Of a stretch of 64,000 bases of DNA, positions 1 through 12,397 are shown in pieces. The position numbers and the translations under genes were made by a program. The notes under the pieces were generated by a model. The model was given only the letters and a program-made list of their open reading frames with translations. It searched no databases and had not been told where the DNA came from. Source of the DNA: Macrostomum lignano. Taxonomy: Eukaryota. Positions within the stretch are counted from its first letter, which is position 1, and every line of letters begins with the position of its first letter. The stretch covers positions 62,001 to 126,000 of the forward strand of contig NIVC01001999.1 of NCBI GenBank assembly GCA_002269645.1, given 5' to 3'.

Positions 1-129
1 GTGGTAAATAACAATGTAACCAAACAAAACTAAAACAGTGGAACATGGTAGCAGTCTGTTAGAGCGCATAGTCACTTAGAGTGTGTCTGTAGGTCATTAA
101 GGTGTCTACAATGGATAGTAATGTCCAAT

Positions 130-288
130 CTAGTACAGGATAGCCCCAAATGGACATTGGGGATACAGACGACGCCAGAGAAATTCCTCAATGTGTGCAT
201 CGAAGAGAGCGTCGCTCGTGCCATGCATGTTGCGGATCTTGCACTTCGCGTGGGCCCATGTGCCCTCCACGGTGTTGGTGTGGACATG
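130..288 (-). pseudogene. C-terminal fragment of a Merlin / IS1595(ISXO2)-like DDE transposase
   Basis: Manual translation of a frame not in the ORF track gives HVHTNTVEGTWAHAKCKIRNMHGTSDALFDAHIEEFLWRRLYPQCPFGAILY*. This matches the HTN/QxxExxW...HG...L..YL.EF.WR C-terminal signature of IS1595/Merlin transposases. No upstream part or TIRs were identified. Confidence 0.6.
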
Positions 289-812
289 TCTCCATGGCAA
301 TGAAGACTGGAAGATATGAGAAATTGAAGCTCAATAAAACAAGCAGCTCACAAGCAACAGCTCCCTTAAACTGACACCCCTTTAAACTCTGTTCGCTCAA
401 ACTTTTGGCCATAGACACATTGCCAATCGACATCATTTGACTCGGTGGTACAAATTCAAATGTGAAAATAATTTACCGAACGGAAGTGTAGGATTGCCAC
501 TTTGTTATATATAAGAAGTTATCCAAAAAAGTATCTTCAAAAGTATAGCTAGAAATGGGCCTATCTAAGCTCTTTAATGCCTTGGCCCTTAGGTAGGCTT
601 TTCTAAAGTATTAATATATTTCAATTCTCAAAAAAGATCTTATAAAATAGATTTATAATTTGTTATTGTACAGAATATATTATTATAGTTGACAAGCTAT
701 TGAAACCCACAGATTTTGAACCCACTGAATTCTGATCCCTGGAACTGTTTTTGCATGCATTCTTAAATCTAAAGTCAAAAAGGCAATAGTCAAAAAGGGG
801 ATAATCAAAGGG

Positions 813-1030
813 CACGGTTGGGCTGGAATAAGATTTCGGGGTAAAAAAATGCCCAATAAAACGACCACTGCAGTGTGATAGAGGAACATCTCAGCTGCTA
901 GGGGAATATTTTCCTAAAATGAAATCGGTTTGTCCTGACCAGTTATGCCTAATTATGTTAATTAGCTAGCATAATTAATTTATGTACTCGAAATTAGCCG
1001 CTTCCTTCGTGTGAAATCGCCTAAAAACTG
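813..1030 (+). repeat. Left terminal inverted repeat of the Chapaev element
   Basis: Reverse complement of 4052-4269 apart from 2 substitutions. Confidence 0.95.
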
Positions 1031-1396
1031 CTTTTATGGCCTGGTCTGCTTTTATGTTTTTATGATATAAACTGCTATTATACTGGATGAGCAGTTGCTA
1101 ATCAGAATGTATGCAGCAGCCAATGCTCTGCTCTAGCTTCAATATGAACTGTTGTGCTCTAGGTCTCACGCACTCTCTTTGCTCAATATCGAAATTAGCA
1201 CATGAACGTACGTACGTTCGTACTGTTCTATTTCATATGCGTCGGACTGTCAGATGTACATTGATTATTGCAACTTTCATAGCCAACTCATATCAGCACT
1301 CAAATAAATATCACAACCAATACTCAAGTCAAGGCCAAATTCAAAACATTTGTCTCTTGCATCAGTGGCCAGCGATCAATTTCAGAATTTCAGAAT

Positions 1397-3439
1397 ATGC
1401 CGAATGCAAAAAAATCACATGAGGAGTGCAGAGAGAGTCTGTGTTTGCTCTGTTTGCGGAAAGCCTCGCGCTCAATTTGGTCGGTAGCCAATTTTTCTGC
1501 TGAGGATTTGGTGCCGAATTTCGCCTCTGTACAGCACATTCTGCCGACCGGCTTGTGTGACGGGTGTCGACGCATCATTTCATCTCTATCTGGTCCAGCG
1601 CCTCGTGAGTTGCCACCAAGGCTAAACTATGAGCAGATGGTTGCCGACCTGCAGAGTCTGCCTCCGTCCACAAGAAATAATCCGCATTGCTCTTGCGAAC
1701 TGTGCGAGCTTGCCAGATCGAAGAACAGCAGCAAGTTGACAACTTCTGTCAGCTCTTACAGTACTGGCGCTGCTGCATCTCGTCCAGGACGACCTCGAAA
1801 ACATCCATTGTCGGCAGCTGATGCAGCACAACCACAGTTCATTTGCTCGTTTTGTCGATCAGAAATTGGCCGTGGCAAGAAACACAACTGCTCAAGAGCA
1901 ACGCGACTGACTAATCTGCAGCAGGGTGTCAGTCCTGATACGCAGGACATGCTGGCCAGCAGCTGCATATCAACAAAGGCTGCAGCAAGTGGCTCCAGCT
2001 GTGTTTCCTTGTCACGGATGGAAGGTGGTCGCCCAATGCGCGTGACTGTTGGTGCTAGTGTGGGCAATGGAGCAACCAGCTTCCCTGCAACTTCTATCAG
2101 CACAATGAAGACACTGAAAGGTGTGCTGAATCTTAGCAACAATCAGACGCTGCAGGTCGCGCAGGTACTGAGAGCTGGTGCAAGCTCTTCGCGAGCAGTT
2201 GAATCTAGGCTGAAAGATTCATTAGTGACTCAGAATCGTGTATTGGAAGACTTTTTTAAACTTAAGACACTTCAATTCGAGCTGTCATCTTCTGCCATTG
2301 GTGATCGTGCTGCTGTCCTCTGCACTGATGCTTCGCGCCTCATTGAATTTATTGTCCAACAGCGAGGAGCCTCTAACTTCGAATGCCGGCTGGGGCTTGA
2401 TGGTGGCGGAGGTTTTTTTAAGATTTGCGTGTCTGTCGTTGCGTCCACGTCTGACCATCAGGTGCACGGCGGTGCTGCTGCAGTTCACGAAAGTGTGCGA
2501 CGCCACTCACAGTTCAATGACGCCGGAGTGAAAAAAATTATAGTTCTCGCAATCGTCAACGACATCTCAGAAACGTACAAAAATGTAAAAACACTGCTAC
2601 AGGCTGTTTCTGTGGTAGAGCTGTCTGCTGTGACTGTCACAGACATGAAGCTAGCAAACATTCTCTGCGGACTCCAGCCTCACTCGTGTGCTCACCCATG
2701 TCCGTACTGCAAGTCTACTGCACCACTGACGACAAGCGGCAGGCCACGAACCCTCGGTAGAATTCGGCAGAAAGTGCAGGAGTTCAATTCTGCTGGACGA
2801 GTTTGGAGCAGAGCGAAGCAGTTCATGAACTGTGTCAATCTGCCGCTGCTGGCTGGTGATGATGACGAGGAAGTGCTGATGCTGCTGCCCCCTCCTGAAC
2901 TGCATCTTCTGCTCGGAATCAGTAACAAATTGCTTGATTCTTTGAACGAAGCTTGGGGCGAAGACCGCGGATTTGCATGGCTACAATCTCACGGCATCGT
3001 GTGAGCGGGGTACCGCGGCGGCACAATGGAAGGCAACGCTTGTCGCAAATTGCTGCTGATGGCTGAGGTTCTTCTTGAAGACGTTCCTCATGAACTACAG
3101 CCCTTCGCCCAGTGCTTGATTTGCTTCAACAGCGTTGTTAATGGAGCATTTGGCCAGGAATTGGTCCCGGATTTTGGTGAGCGAATCGAAAATTTTGGAG
3201 CTGCATACCTGGCACTGGGATTGACTGTCACGCCCAAAGTGCATGTTCTCCTTTGCCACGTGAGCGACTTCTGCCATCGCACTGGTCGTGCACTTGGAAC
3301 TTGTAGCAAACAGGCAGTAGAGAGCGCACACTCGGATTTCCAGCGGACTTGGCAGCGCTACAGGCTGCCAGCCGATCACCCACAGTTCGGCAATAGGCTG
3401 CTGCAGGCAACAGTGGCGTATAACAGCTGGCATATCTAA
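1397..3439 (+). pseudogene. Chapaev DDE transposase (~680 aa) interrupted by one in-frame TGA at 3002-3004
   Basis: ORFs 1397-3004 and 3026-3439 are in the same frame. N-terminal Zn motifs HEECRESLCLLC / LPTGLCDGC / CSCELC / CSFC..HNC and an AT-hook GRPRK. Core motifs GLDGGGGFFK (D1), VTDMKLANILCGLQPHSCAHPCPYC (D2 plus CxxC), PPELHLLLG, MEGNACRKLL, TPKVHVLLCHV and LGTCSKQAVESAH (E) parallel Chapaev/Transib/RAG1 core motifs. Confidence 0.85.
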
Positions 3440-4051
3440 TGCAGTGACATATTTAATGCGGTGATGGCTTTTCATTTGACTAAATTTACTGTCGTGTTGT
3501 GCAGCCTACTTTGCTGCATGCTGTTGTTACCAGCACTACTACATGGATGAAGAAAAACAGTATAATAGGAGCAATACTTCCATGACAATTTGTGAAGGGA
3601 TCTATCTAAAAGTTCAACATCCAAAAGTTTGAATATTGATTCTATTGGCAATGGAAGTAATTCAAAAGAAATATTCAATATCTAAAAAAACTTTTGACCC
3701 AGACTTTTCTGCTCAGATTAGCAATATTCTCTTCTTTATCTGTGACATGTATCTCGTAGTACCTGCATGCTAAAACATAAACTGATCATGAATTGCTATA
3801 TAAGTTATATTATAATTATATCATATATTTAATTTTATTGATATAAATTTTAATAGGTGCTATCCAAATGTCCAACCTGCTGCTCAGTTTTGAAGAGACC
3901 CTTTCTCTGAAACGCTGGATATTTCTATTTTTTTCTTTAATTTTTGAGTACTAATAATATGAACTACAAAGTGCTCACTTTCTATAACTAATACTAATAT
4001 ATATTGATATTAAATAGCTACAGATTTTAATGCGAACACAGCTCATAAAAT

Positions 4052-4269
4052 CAGTTTTTAGGCGATTTCACATGAAGGAAGCGGCTAATTTCGAGTACAT
4101 AAATTAATTATGCTAGCTAATTAACATAATTAGGCATAACTGGTCAGGACAAACCGATTTCATTTTAGGAAAATATTCCCCTAGCAGCTGAGGTGTTCCT
4201 CTATCACACTGCAGTGGTCGTTTTATTGGGCATTTTTTTACCCCGAAATCTTATTCCAGCCCAACCGTG
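4052..4269 (-). repeat. Right terminal inverted repeat of the Chapaev element
   Basis: Reverse complement of 813-1030. Confidence 0.95.
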
Positions 4270-4306
4270 AGGGGCAAGAGTCAAAAAGATAATAGTCAGT
4301 TAAAAT

Positions 4307-4779
4307 TAATGTTCCGCCATAAAGAGGGTCCTTGTACCGTAGCCGTAGCTGTAAACAAAACTATGGCTTACTCCAATTTCTGTATTCCGTAGCTGTAGGG
4401 ACCCCGAAATTACCATATTCCCATAGTTCCTGTAGGCTATAGCCATAGTTTTAACAAAAAGTCTAAAAAACAAAATATTTTGAATTAAGAAGATAACCTA
4501 GTGTTTAAACAACTGCTTATAAGTTTCTAGGTTGATAATACAGTTTACTAAAAGTATCTTTGTTTTACTCTACCTGTTTCTAATATTTTTTCAATTTTTA
4601 ACATTAATAACTACGGCTATGGGAATCTACAGAATGTGACAGCAACTACCATATTTCCATAGTCGTAGCCATAAGAGCAGCTAGCTACCATAGGCATATC
4701 CGTAGCTGCCATAGGCACCTATTTTACGATATTTGCCATAGGATCCCGTAGCCGTAGCTATGGTTACAGCGGAACATTA
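4307..4779. mobile_element. Candidate MITE with short TIR (TAATGTTCCGC) and internal CCGTAGC(T) repeats
   Basis: TAATGTTCCGC at 4307-4317 and its reverse complement at 4769-4779; many internal ccgtagct/agctacgg motifs. Confidence 0.4.
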
Positions 4780-5961
4780 GTCAGAATATAATTTAAATTT
4801 ATTGGAATTTTATAGTAGTAGTTAAAATGCATTTAACTTTTATTTATATTTGATAAAATGTATGAGTGTTAAATATATTAAGACTAATACAATTATAGGA
4901 CTTCTTTAAGTTTATGTTGATAGAATGCTTCCAATTTTCCAATTTTTCTAAAACTTTTACCAGACATTTGGTGGATACCCAAAAATGGCAAAATGATAAA
5001 AAAGCAAAAAAATCACCAAAAAACTACATTTTGTGGTGATGCAACCTCAGTTTATTAATTGACTATTGTGTCAATGAGAATTCAATAAAAATGTTTCAAT
5101 AAAATTTGTATTTAAAAGTGAACATTTTTCAAAAAAAATAAGTTGACTTGTTTTGTAAATATAAAATTAAGAAATCACAAGTAATATTCATCATTTTCCA
5201 TTTATAATGTATACTGAATACAAATGACTTTATCAAATTTGATATTGAGTTTTGTTATAATGTCAAATAATTGCCTCGTCACAGTTTCCTCTTTTTTAAA
5301 TTTGCTACATCTACGATGCGCAACAATATTGTCTCTTGCATTCTGGTTTGTTGCTACCTTTGCTGTTGTGGTAAACATTAATACCTCTTGCTGAATTATT
5401 TAGTGATGTAAATAATAATTCATATTATAAATGTCTATAATCAAGTTTGCGTTGATAAAATCAATCTCCATGAAGAATCCCCTACCCAAAAACCCCTTAT
5501 CCCATTCCATGCCCCAATAGTTGGTCATTGACCTTTTTTGTAAAGATCAATCCCTCTTTCCCTGAGTTTAGAATTTATCAACACCTTCTTGAATAGGTCT
5601 CCATGCCTCTATTAAATGTTATATTGATAAAATCAAACCCTATCAAGGATCCCCCACCTATGAAGTTTAAACCCCCTATTCTCCATATCCCAGTTTTTGG
5701 TCATTGACCTTTTGGTAGGCCCTAGAGTTTACCCCCCCCCCTAGGTCTGGAATTTATCAACACCATCTTGAATAGGTCTCCATGCCTCTATTAAAGTTTA
5801 TCTTGATAAAATCAATCCCCATGAAGAACCTCCCCACCCTAAAACCCCCTATTCCCCATGTCCCAGTGGTTGGGTTTTAAGTGCCTACATATAGTTGGGT
5901 TGAAGATACCAAAAAATGAAGCTCAAATTTGAAATCAGCACCATAAAAAACCTATAGAGAC

Positions 5962-6566
5962 TAGAGCTCGAATGGGATCCCGATCCCAATCTCGAATTCT
6001 CGGGATCCCGAAGATTTTTTGGGAATTCGGGATTGGGATCCCGAAGGCTTAGAGAACTCGGGATTTGGGAGCACAATAGATTGATAATGAAGATGATGCT
6101 TTCAACAATCAAGAGCAGTAATCAATACTAAGCTAATTTTTGTAACAGCAACTATAAATATGTTGAAAGTCTGATCTTGAATTCACCAAATAAAGCAGCA
6201 GATTTTTACTTAGTAACAGATTTGTAAAGCGTTGTACTCGTAAATAACGAACTAACAAGTATAAGGCTTTTCACAAAGCGATTCGAGTTTGAGGCTTTTC
6301 ACGAAGCGATTCCAGAACCAGAATTTTACAAGAAAAAAGCAGTATAACTAATGCAATTCAATATTACATTAACGCAGAACAGTCCTTGAAATATAAAATA
6401 TATATAATAATATAAAACTATCCTTGAATCCTTGATTTGATTCATTAGTAAGTAATATATTCCCAGATCCCGGATTCCCGAATACTAATCCCGAATCCCG
6501 ATCCCAAAATTATTTTCAATCCCGATCCCGCCCGATCCCGAAAATTCTGCTCCCGTTCGAGCTCTA
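5962..6566. mobile_element. Non-autonomous TIR element (hAT-like MITE)
   Basis: TIR TAGAGCTCGAA(T/C)GGGA at both ends, subterminal clusters of GGGATCCCG-like motifs, and a direct repeat GAGAC on both flanks (5957-5961, 6567-6571). Confidence 0.65.
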
Positions 6567-8091
6567 GAGACAAAATTATGCTCCTGTTAAAATTGCAACT
6601 AATTATCAACATAAACTTGAAGAAGTCCCAATTATATAATATATCATATCATTAAATCCACAATATTTAAAATCACATAGCCTTAGTTGGACTAGAAATT
6701 TTAGACTGCTTCTAAGTCATAAGCTGAACTCTTATAGACAATGAAAAGTAGTTTTATTTTTTAAATTTAGGCATGGCAACTCCTTAGTAAATGTGGTTTC
6801 TTTAAGAGTTTAGCTATGAGACAGATATAGATATTATATCCCCCTTGTTTTGATGATTAATAGGAAATCAAAATCAGGTTTAAAAAAAAGTAAAATAAAA
6901 TGGCTTTAGATTTAGCAAAATTGCCTAAAATGCTGCATTAAAAATGTATTTCACTTATAAATTATAATTAAAATATTTTAAATGATATTTTTACAAATCC
7001 CAAGTTCCCAAAATGGCATGTTATAATGACAGCTTTCATCTTGATTGTAACAAATTTAGTTCTTTAGTATGTTAATAGAGATATCCTTGGTATTTTTTAA
7101 ATGTATATAATAAATAGAAAATCACAAAAACTACTTTATTTGACTGCAACTCTATGCCTTTCAGTTATCCCCCCTTATTTCAAAATCCCACCTATGCCAC
7201 TAGGTTTATTGAAGGCAGTAAGTGAAATAAATAAGCCACATTGAACAAGTCTAATACATTTTAACAATTTTTAACAAATGCAAGTCTAAAGCTTGGATAT
7301 GGACTTTTATTTTGACTATTGCCCCTTTGATCTGTCACTCCTAATCAGTTCCTTGCAATAAGTACTCTTCTTAATAATATTGCATTGATTATATGAATTT
7401 GCAATAGAATAATATCATGTTCAACAATAATTTTTTCTCTTATATATGAGCATATGTAAGTAAAAGTATAAGCATTCAATTTAAGAACCCTACCCAAGAT
7501 AAAGTGAAGAACAAATCAGTATAAAGCACACAAACAAAATAAATAAGACTTCAAGGCAAAGGTTCTTTTTGTACTTGATTATGTAATAAATGTGTGTTGA
7601 ATACCAAGAAGTTAGTACTAGTTATCCATTGGGTGCCCAGTATATATTTATGGACAAATTAATGGTATTCTAGAATTTTCTCTATAATTATAACAAAGAT
7701 ACAATATTATTCTTTGTAACTATAAAGTATGCATCACTAAAATGTAGGAATATTTTTAAGGAAATTCATAGAAAAATGGAGAAATTTCTCGAATTTAGGG
7801 ACATTGAGATAATGCCACAACAAGCTTATGCAGCCTGAGTTCTTAGGAGTCAACAGGATGGCCAAAAATACCGTAGAGCTACTTTAATGATAATTTTGCC
7901 AAAGGTGTGTTACCACAATAGCCCTTCTATGAATATTTATTTATTTTTTTTCCAAAAAGTATATGGGTTTTCAATACAGTTTATCCAATAGTGTATTAAG
8001 CAATATTTGTATATGTCTGACTGAGACCTAGAAGAATGTATTAGGTATTTAGTAGTGACATCACTGCCATCTAACTCATGCCGATTCTCAG

Positions 8092-11000
8092 GTGAATGCC
8101 TAGCCAACATCCCCTATGCATCAGTCATAGCATTCGTTCTGGTGCTCATTGGTGGCTGTGTAATGACCGGCACGCTGTATGAAGCTGTGCGACAGACTGA
8201 TGTGTACTTCCGCTCCACCTTCTACCCCATTGAAGAGTGAGTGCCTTGCAATTGGAGTCTATTTTTGCTTCGGGAATTTTCTCACATTTATTGTACCCTG
8301 GCATTGTCAGTGAGTTCTATGTCTGGCAACTGAAGCCAAATCCTATCCAACAGACTGCACCCCACACCCCATCACATGATCTCCCGGCCTTCACCGCAAC
8401 TCAGTCCCGTGACCTCCCGCCGCCACCCTCAGTCCCGTGACCTCCCGCCGCCACCCTCAGTCCCGTGACCTCCCACCGCCACCCTCAGTCCCGTGACCTC
8501 CCGCCGCCACCCTCAGTCCCGTGACCTCCCGCCGCCACCCTCAGTCCCGTGACCTCCCACCGCCACCCTCAGTCCCGTGACCTCCCGCCGCCACCCTCAG
8601 TCCCGTGACCTCCCGCCGCCACCCTCAGTCCCGTGACCTTCCGCCGCCACCCTCAGTCCCGTGACCTCCCGCCGCCACCCTCAGTCCCGTGACCTTCCGC
8701 CGCCACCCTCAGTCCCGTGACCTCCCACCGCCACCCTCAGTCCCGTGACCTCCCGCCGCCACCCTCAGTCCCGTGACCTCCCGCCGCCACCCTCAGTCCC
8801 GTGACCTTCCGCCGCCACCCTCAGTCCCGTGACCTCCCGCCGCCACCCTCAGTCCCGTGACCTTCCGCCGCCACCCTCAGTCCCGTGACCTCCCACCGCC
8901 ACCCTCAGTCCCGTGACCTCCCGCCGCCACCCTCAGTCCCGTGACCTCCCGCCGCCACCCTCAGTCCCGTGACCTTCCGCCGCCACCCTCAGTCCCGTGA
9001 CCTCCCGCCGCCACCCTCAGTCCCGTGACCTTCCGCCGCCACCCTCAGTCCCGTGACCTCCCGCCGCCACCCTCAGTCCCGTGACCTCCCGCCGCCACCC
9101 TCAGTCCCGTGACCTCGCGCATCCACCTTCAGTCCCGTGACCCCCCCCCACTCATGGCTTCGCAGGCTGCTGTACGTGCAGATCGCCAGCGTGGTGGTGT
9201 CGCCAGTCACGGTGGTGCTGGCCGTCATTCTGCTCACCTTCGGCATTCTGGCCACCGGCGCCACCCGCAATAAAATTTACCGCGGCGACCGGTGCATCCT
9301 GGGCGGCCGCTTCTCAGCCGGCCTGTTTATGGCCTTCTCCTACCTGCTCAGCCTCGTCTGGGTGGGCATCGCCTGCTTCCTGATGATCCCCATCGTTGGC
9401 TACATCATGATGGACAAGGTGTGCTACGAGGAGTGGACTTACTGGAGGGATATCGACGGGGAGAAGACCAATGCAAAGTTCTTCACGTACTTCAAATTCA
9501 ACTTGACACACTATGGTAAGGCTGGCTTAAGAATTCCAGTGGATTGCTTGTCTAACCAATCATGGATTAAGGAATAGAATGGATTGCCAATCTAGCCAAT
9601 CATGGATTAAGGAATAGAATGGATTGCTAATCTAGCCAATCATGGATTAAGGAATGGAATGGATTGCTAATCTAGCCAATCATGGATTAAGGAATAGAAT
9701 GGATTGCTAATCTAGCCAATCATGGATTAAGGAATAGAATGGATTGCTAATCTAACCAATCATGGATTAAGAAATAGAATGGATTGCTAGTCTAACCAAT
9801 CATGGAATAAGAAATGGAATGGATTGCTAGTCTAACCAATCATGGATTAAGGAATGGAATGGATTGCTAATCTAACCAATCATGGATTAAGGAATGGAAT
9901 GGATTGATAATCTAACCAATCATGGATTAAGGAATAGAATGGATTGCTAATCTAACCAATCATGGATTAAGGAATAGAATGGATTGCTAATCTAGCCATT
10001 CATGGAGTAAGAAATGGAATGGAATTGCTAATCTAACCAATCATGGATTAAGGAATAGAATGGATTGCTAATCTAGCCATTCATGGATTAAGAAATGGAA
10101 TGGATTGCTAGTCTAACCAACCATGGAATAAGAAATGGAATGGATTGCTAGTCTAACCAATCATGAATTAAGAAATGGAATGGATTGCTAATCTACCCAC
10201 CATATTCAAACTAAAGTAGAATATACAAAGTCAATTTATTAACACTAGAGTTGATTGCAACATCCAACAATAATTTGGCAAATATTTTTCAGGCCTCTAC
10301 AAGAAGCTGTACACGTTTCGACCGGAATTAAAGTTCAACGAGACCATCACAACCGCCACAGCTTTCCAAAATTTCTGTTCCAAGGTAAGCCAATTAAATA
10401 GCTTTCTTCTTTTAGTACGAGTAATGTTATTCTTAATCAAAAGTAGCTGATGTACTTGATTGGGCTGATGCGTTTCAGATCGGAACAATTGGCCCACTTT
10501 ATGCCTTCGCCTGGGCCGGCGCCGTCTTTGTTATCTTTGGATTGGTGAGTTTGAGCGCTGAGCACTGAGCACTGAGCACTGAGCACGATTTTATCTGGGG
10601 TTGGCTGTGGGGCTCTGTAAATCTGAGTATGGGGTGTGGGGTTCTGTAAATCTGAGGATGGGGTGTGGGATTCTGTAAATCTGAGTATGGGGTGTGGGGT
10701 TCTGTAATCTGAGGATGGGGTGTGGGGTTCTGTAATCTGATGATGGGGTGTGGGGTTCTGTAATCTGAGGATGGGGTGTGGGATTCTGTAAATCTGAGTA
10801 TGGGGTGTGGGGTTCTGTAATCTGAGGATGGGGTGTGGGGTTCTGTAATCTGATGATGGGGTGTGGGGTTCTGTAATCTGAGGATGGGGTGTGGGGTTCT
10901 GTAAATCTGAGGATGGGGTGTGGGGTTCTGTAATCTGAGGATGGGGTGTGGGGTTCTGTAATCTAAGGATGGGGTGTGGGGTTCTGTAATCTGAGGATGG

Positions 11001-11525
11001 GGTGTGGGGTTCTGTAAATCTGAGGATGGGGTGTGGGATTCTGTAAATCTGAGTATGGGGTGTGGGGTTCTGTAATCTGATGATGGGGTGTGGGGTTCTG
11101 TAATCTGAGGATGGGGTGTGGGGTTCTGTAAATCTGAGGATGGGGTGTGGGGTTCTGTAATCTAAGGATGGGGTGTGGGGTTCTGTAATCTAAGGATGGG
11201 GCGTGGGGTTCTGTAATCTGAGGATGGGGTGTGGGGCTCTGTAAATCTGAGGATGGGGTGTGGGGTTCTGTAATCTAAGGATGGGGTGTGGGGCTCTGTA
11301 AATCTGAGGATGGGGTGTGGGGTTCTGTAATGTGAGGATGGGGTGTGGGTTTTCTTACCGCAGTCCGGAGTTCACCGCAACCCGCAGATGTGCTTCATTG
11401 GCGCCCTGTCCGCAAACTTCACCAAGCTGAAGTACACGAAGGAGCTCACAGACTACAGAGCCGCTGGCGAGGTGAGCACAGAGATGGACTACCTGGGAAA
11501 GTCCATGGACCGGCCGACCTTCTGA
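8092..11525 (+). CDS. M6: Myelin proteolipid / neuronal membrane glycoprotein M6 family tetraspan protein; exons 8092-8236, 9166-9515, 10293-10384, 10479-10544, 11388-11525 (start micro-exon not located)
   Basis: Motifs ECLANIPYASVIA, GILATGATRNKIY...GGRFSA and LSANF match the PLP/DM20/M6 family. All GT-AG junctions are phase-compatible (2,1,0,0). Four hydrophobic segments. Confidence 0.85.
8400..9140. repeat. 28-bp minisatellite (TCAGTCCCGTGACCTCCCGCCGCCACCC), ~26 copies, intronic
   Basis: Direct tandem array in an M6 intron. Confidence 0.95.
9541..10200. repeat. 40-bp minisatellite, ~16 copies, intronic
   Basis: Unit CATGGATTAAGGAATAGAATGGATTGCTAATCTAGCCAAT. Confidence 0.95.
10610..11348. 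repeat. 28-29-bp G-rich minisatellite, intronic
   Basis: Unit CTGAGGATGGGGTGTGGGGTTCTGTAA(A)T. Confidence 0.95.
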
Positions 11526-12010
11526 TTGGCTGGCTTTTTAGATATATGATGAAGACATGACAGCTGAAATGCCGTTATAAATTTTTATTTACTCTGCACT
11601 GTTATTACTGTAAGTAGTTAGTAAGAACCGTGGACAATTTTCCAATTTTTTTAATTTTCTAAATTAAATGTAATTCTTGTACATAGCTACAGCATCTTCT
11701 GTACAAGTTTATCTGTTTTATAAAGATTTTCGAGTTCAAATTTCCGCCAAAATTTTTCGGCGCGAATTCGAAATTCAACAAATGTGCGTTGCAAAATCTG
11801 TAAAATCTTTTTTATGACATGATTATCTGAAGTTCCCAAAGTACATTCCTTGCTTCATTGCGCGTGCCATGCTTTAATCAATTTTATTTAACAATTATTA
11901 TGCAAAATACAAAATGAACTCTGCATTCCATATTGCGGAAATTTTAAATCATGAAATTAGTGTCTTAGTGTCTTTCTGTATGTCTATCTGTCTGTCTAAG
12001 TGTCTGTCTA

Positions 12011-12047
<37 letters not shown>

Positions 12048-12062
12048 ACTTCTATGATACGC

Positions 12063-12397
12063 ATGCCCGAATATGCATGGGCAGAACTATAACAACGGGC
12101 AGCATATGCATGGGCAGAACTGTAACAGTGAGCAGCATATGCATGGGCAGAACTGTAACAGTGAGCAGTGTATACATGGGCAGAACTGTAACAGTGAGCA
12201 GTGTATACATGGGCAGAACTGTAACAGTGAGCAGTGTATACATGGGCAGAACTGTAACAGTGAGCAGTGTATGCATGGGCAGAACTGTAACAGTGAGCAG
12301 TGTATGCATGGGCAGAACTGTAACAGTGAGCAGTGTATGCATGGGCAGAACTGTAACAGTGAGCAGCATATGCATGGGCAGAACTGTAACAGTGGGC
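12063..12397. repeat. 33-bp minisatellite, ~10 copies, preceded by (TCTG)n
   Basis: Unit ATGGGCAGAACTGTAACAGTGAGCAGTGTATGC; explains the repetitive ORFs at 12052-12460. Confidence 0.9.

Larger units (their letters stand above)
813..4269 (+). mobile_element. Chapaev-type (CMC superfamily, RAG1/Transib-related) DNA transposon, full length
   Basis: Termini 5'-CACGGTTGGG...CCCAACCGTG-3'. TIRs of 218 bp (813-1030 and 4052-4269) with 2 mismatches seen. Flanking 4-bp direct repeat AGGG (809-812 and 4270-4273). Contains a single transposase gene. Confidence 0.85.

Noticed and set aside
3002-3004. TGA as selenocysteine or programmed readthrough in the transposase
   Set aside because: No SECIS-like evidence recognised; a point mutation from CGA is simpler.
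813-4269. Possible ProtoRAG (RAG1L+RAG2L) transposon
   Set aside because: The TSD is 4 bp, not 5; there is no second convergent ORF (3440-4050 is AT-rich non-coding); the TIR lacks a clear heptamer-spacer-nonamer layout.
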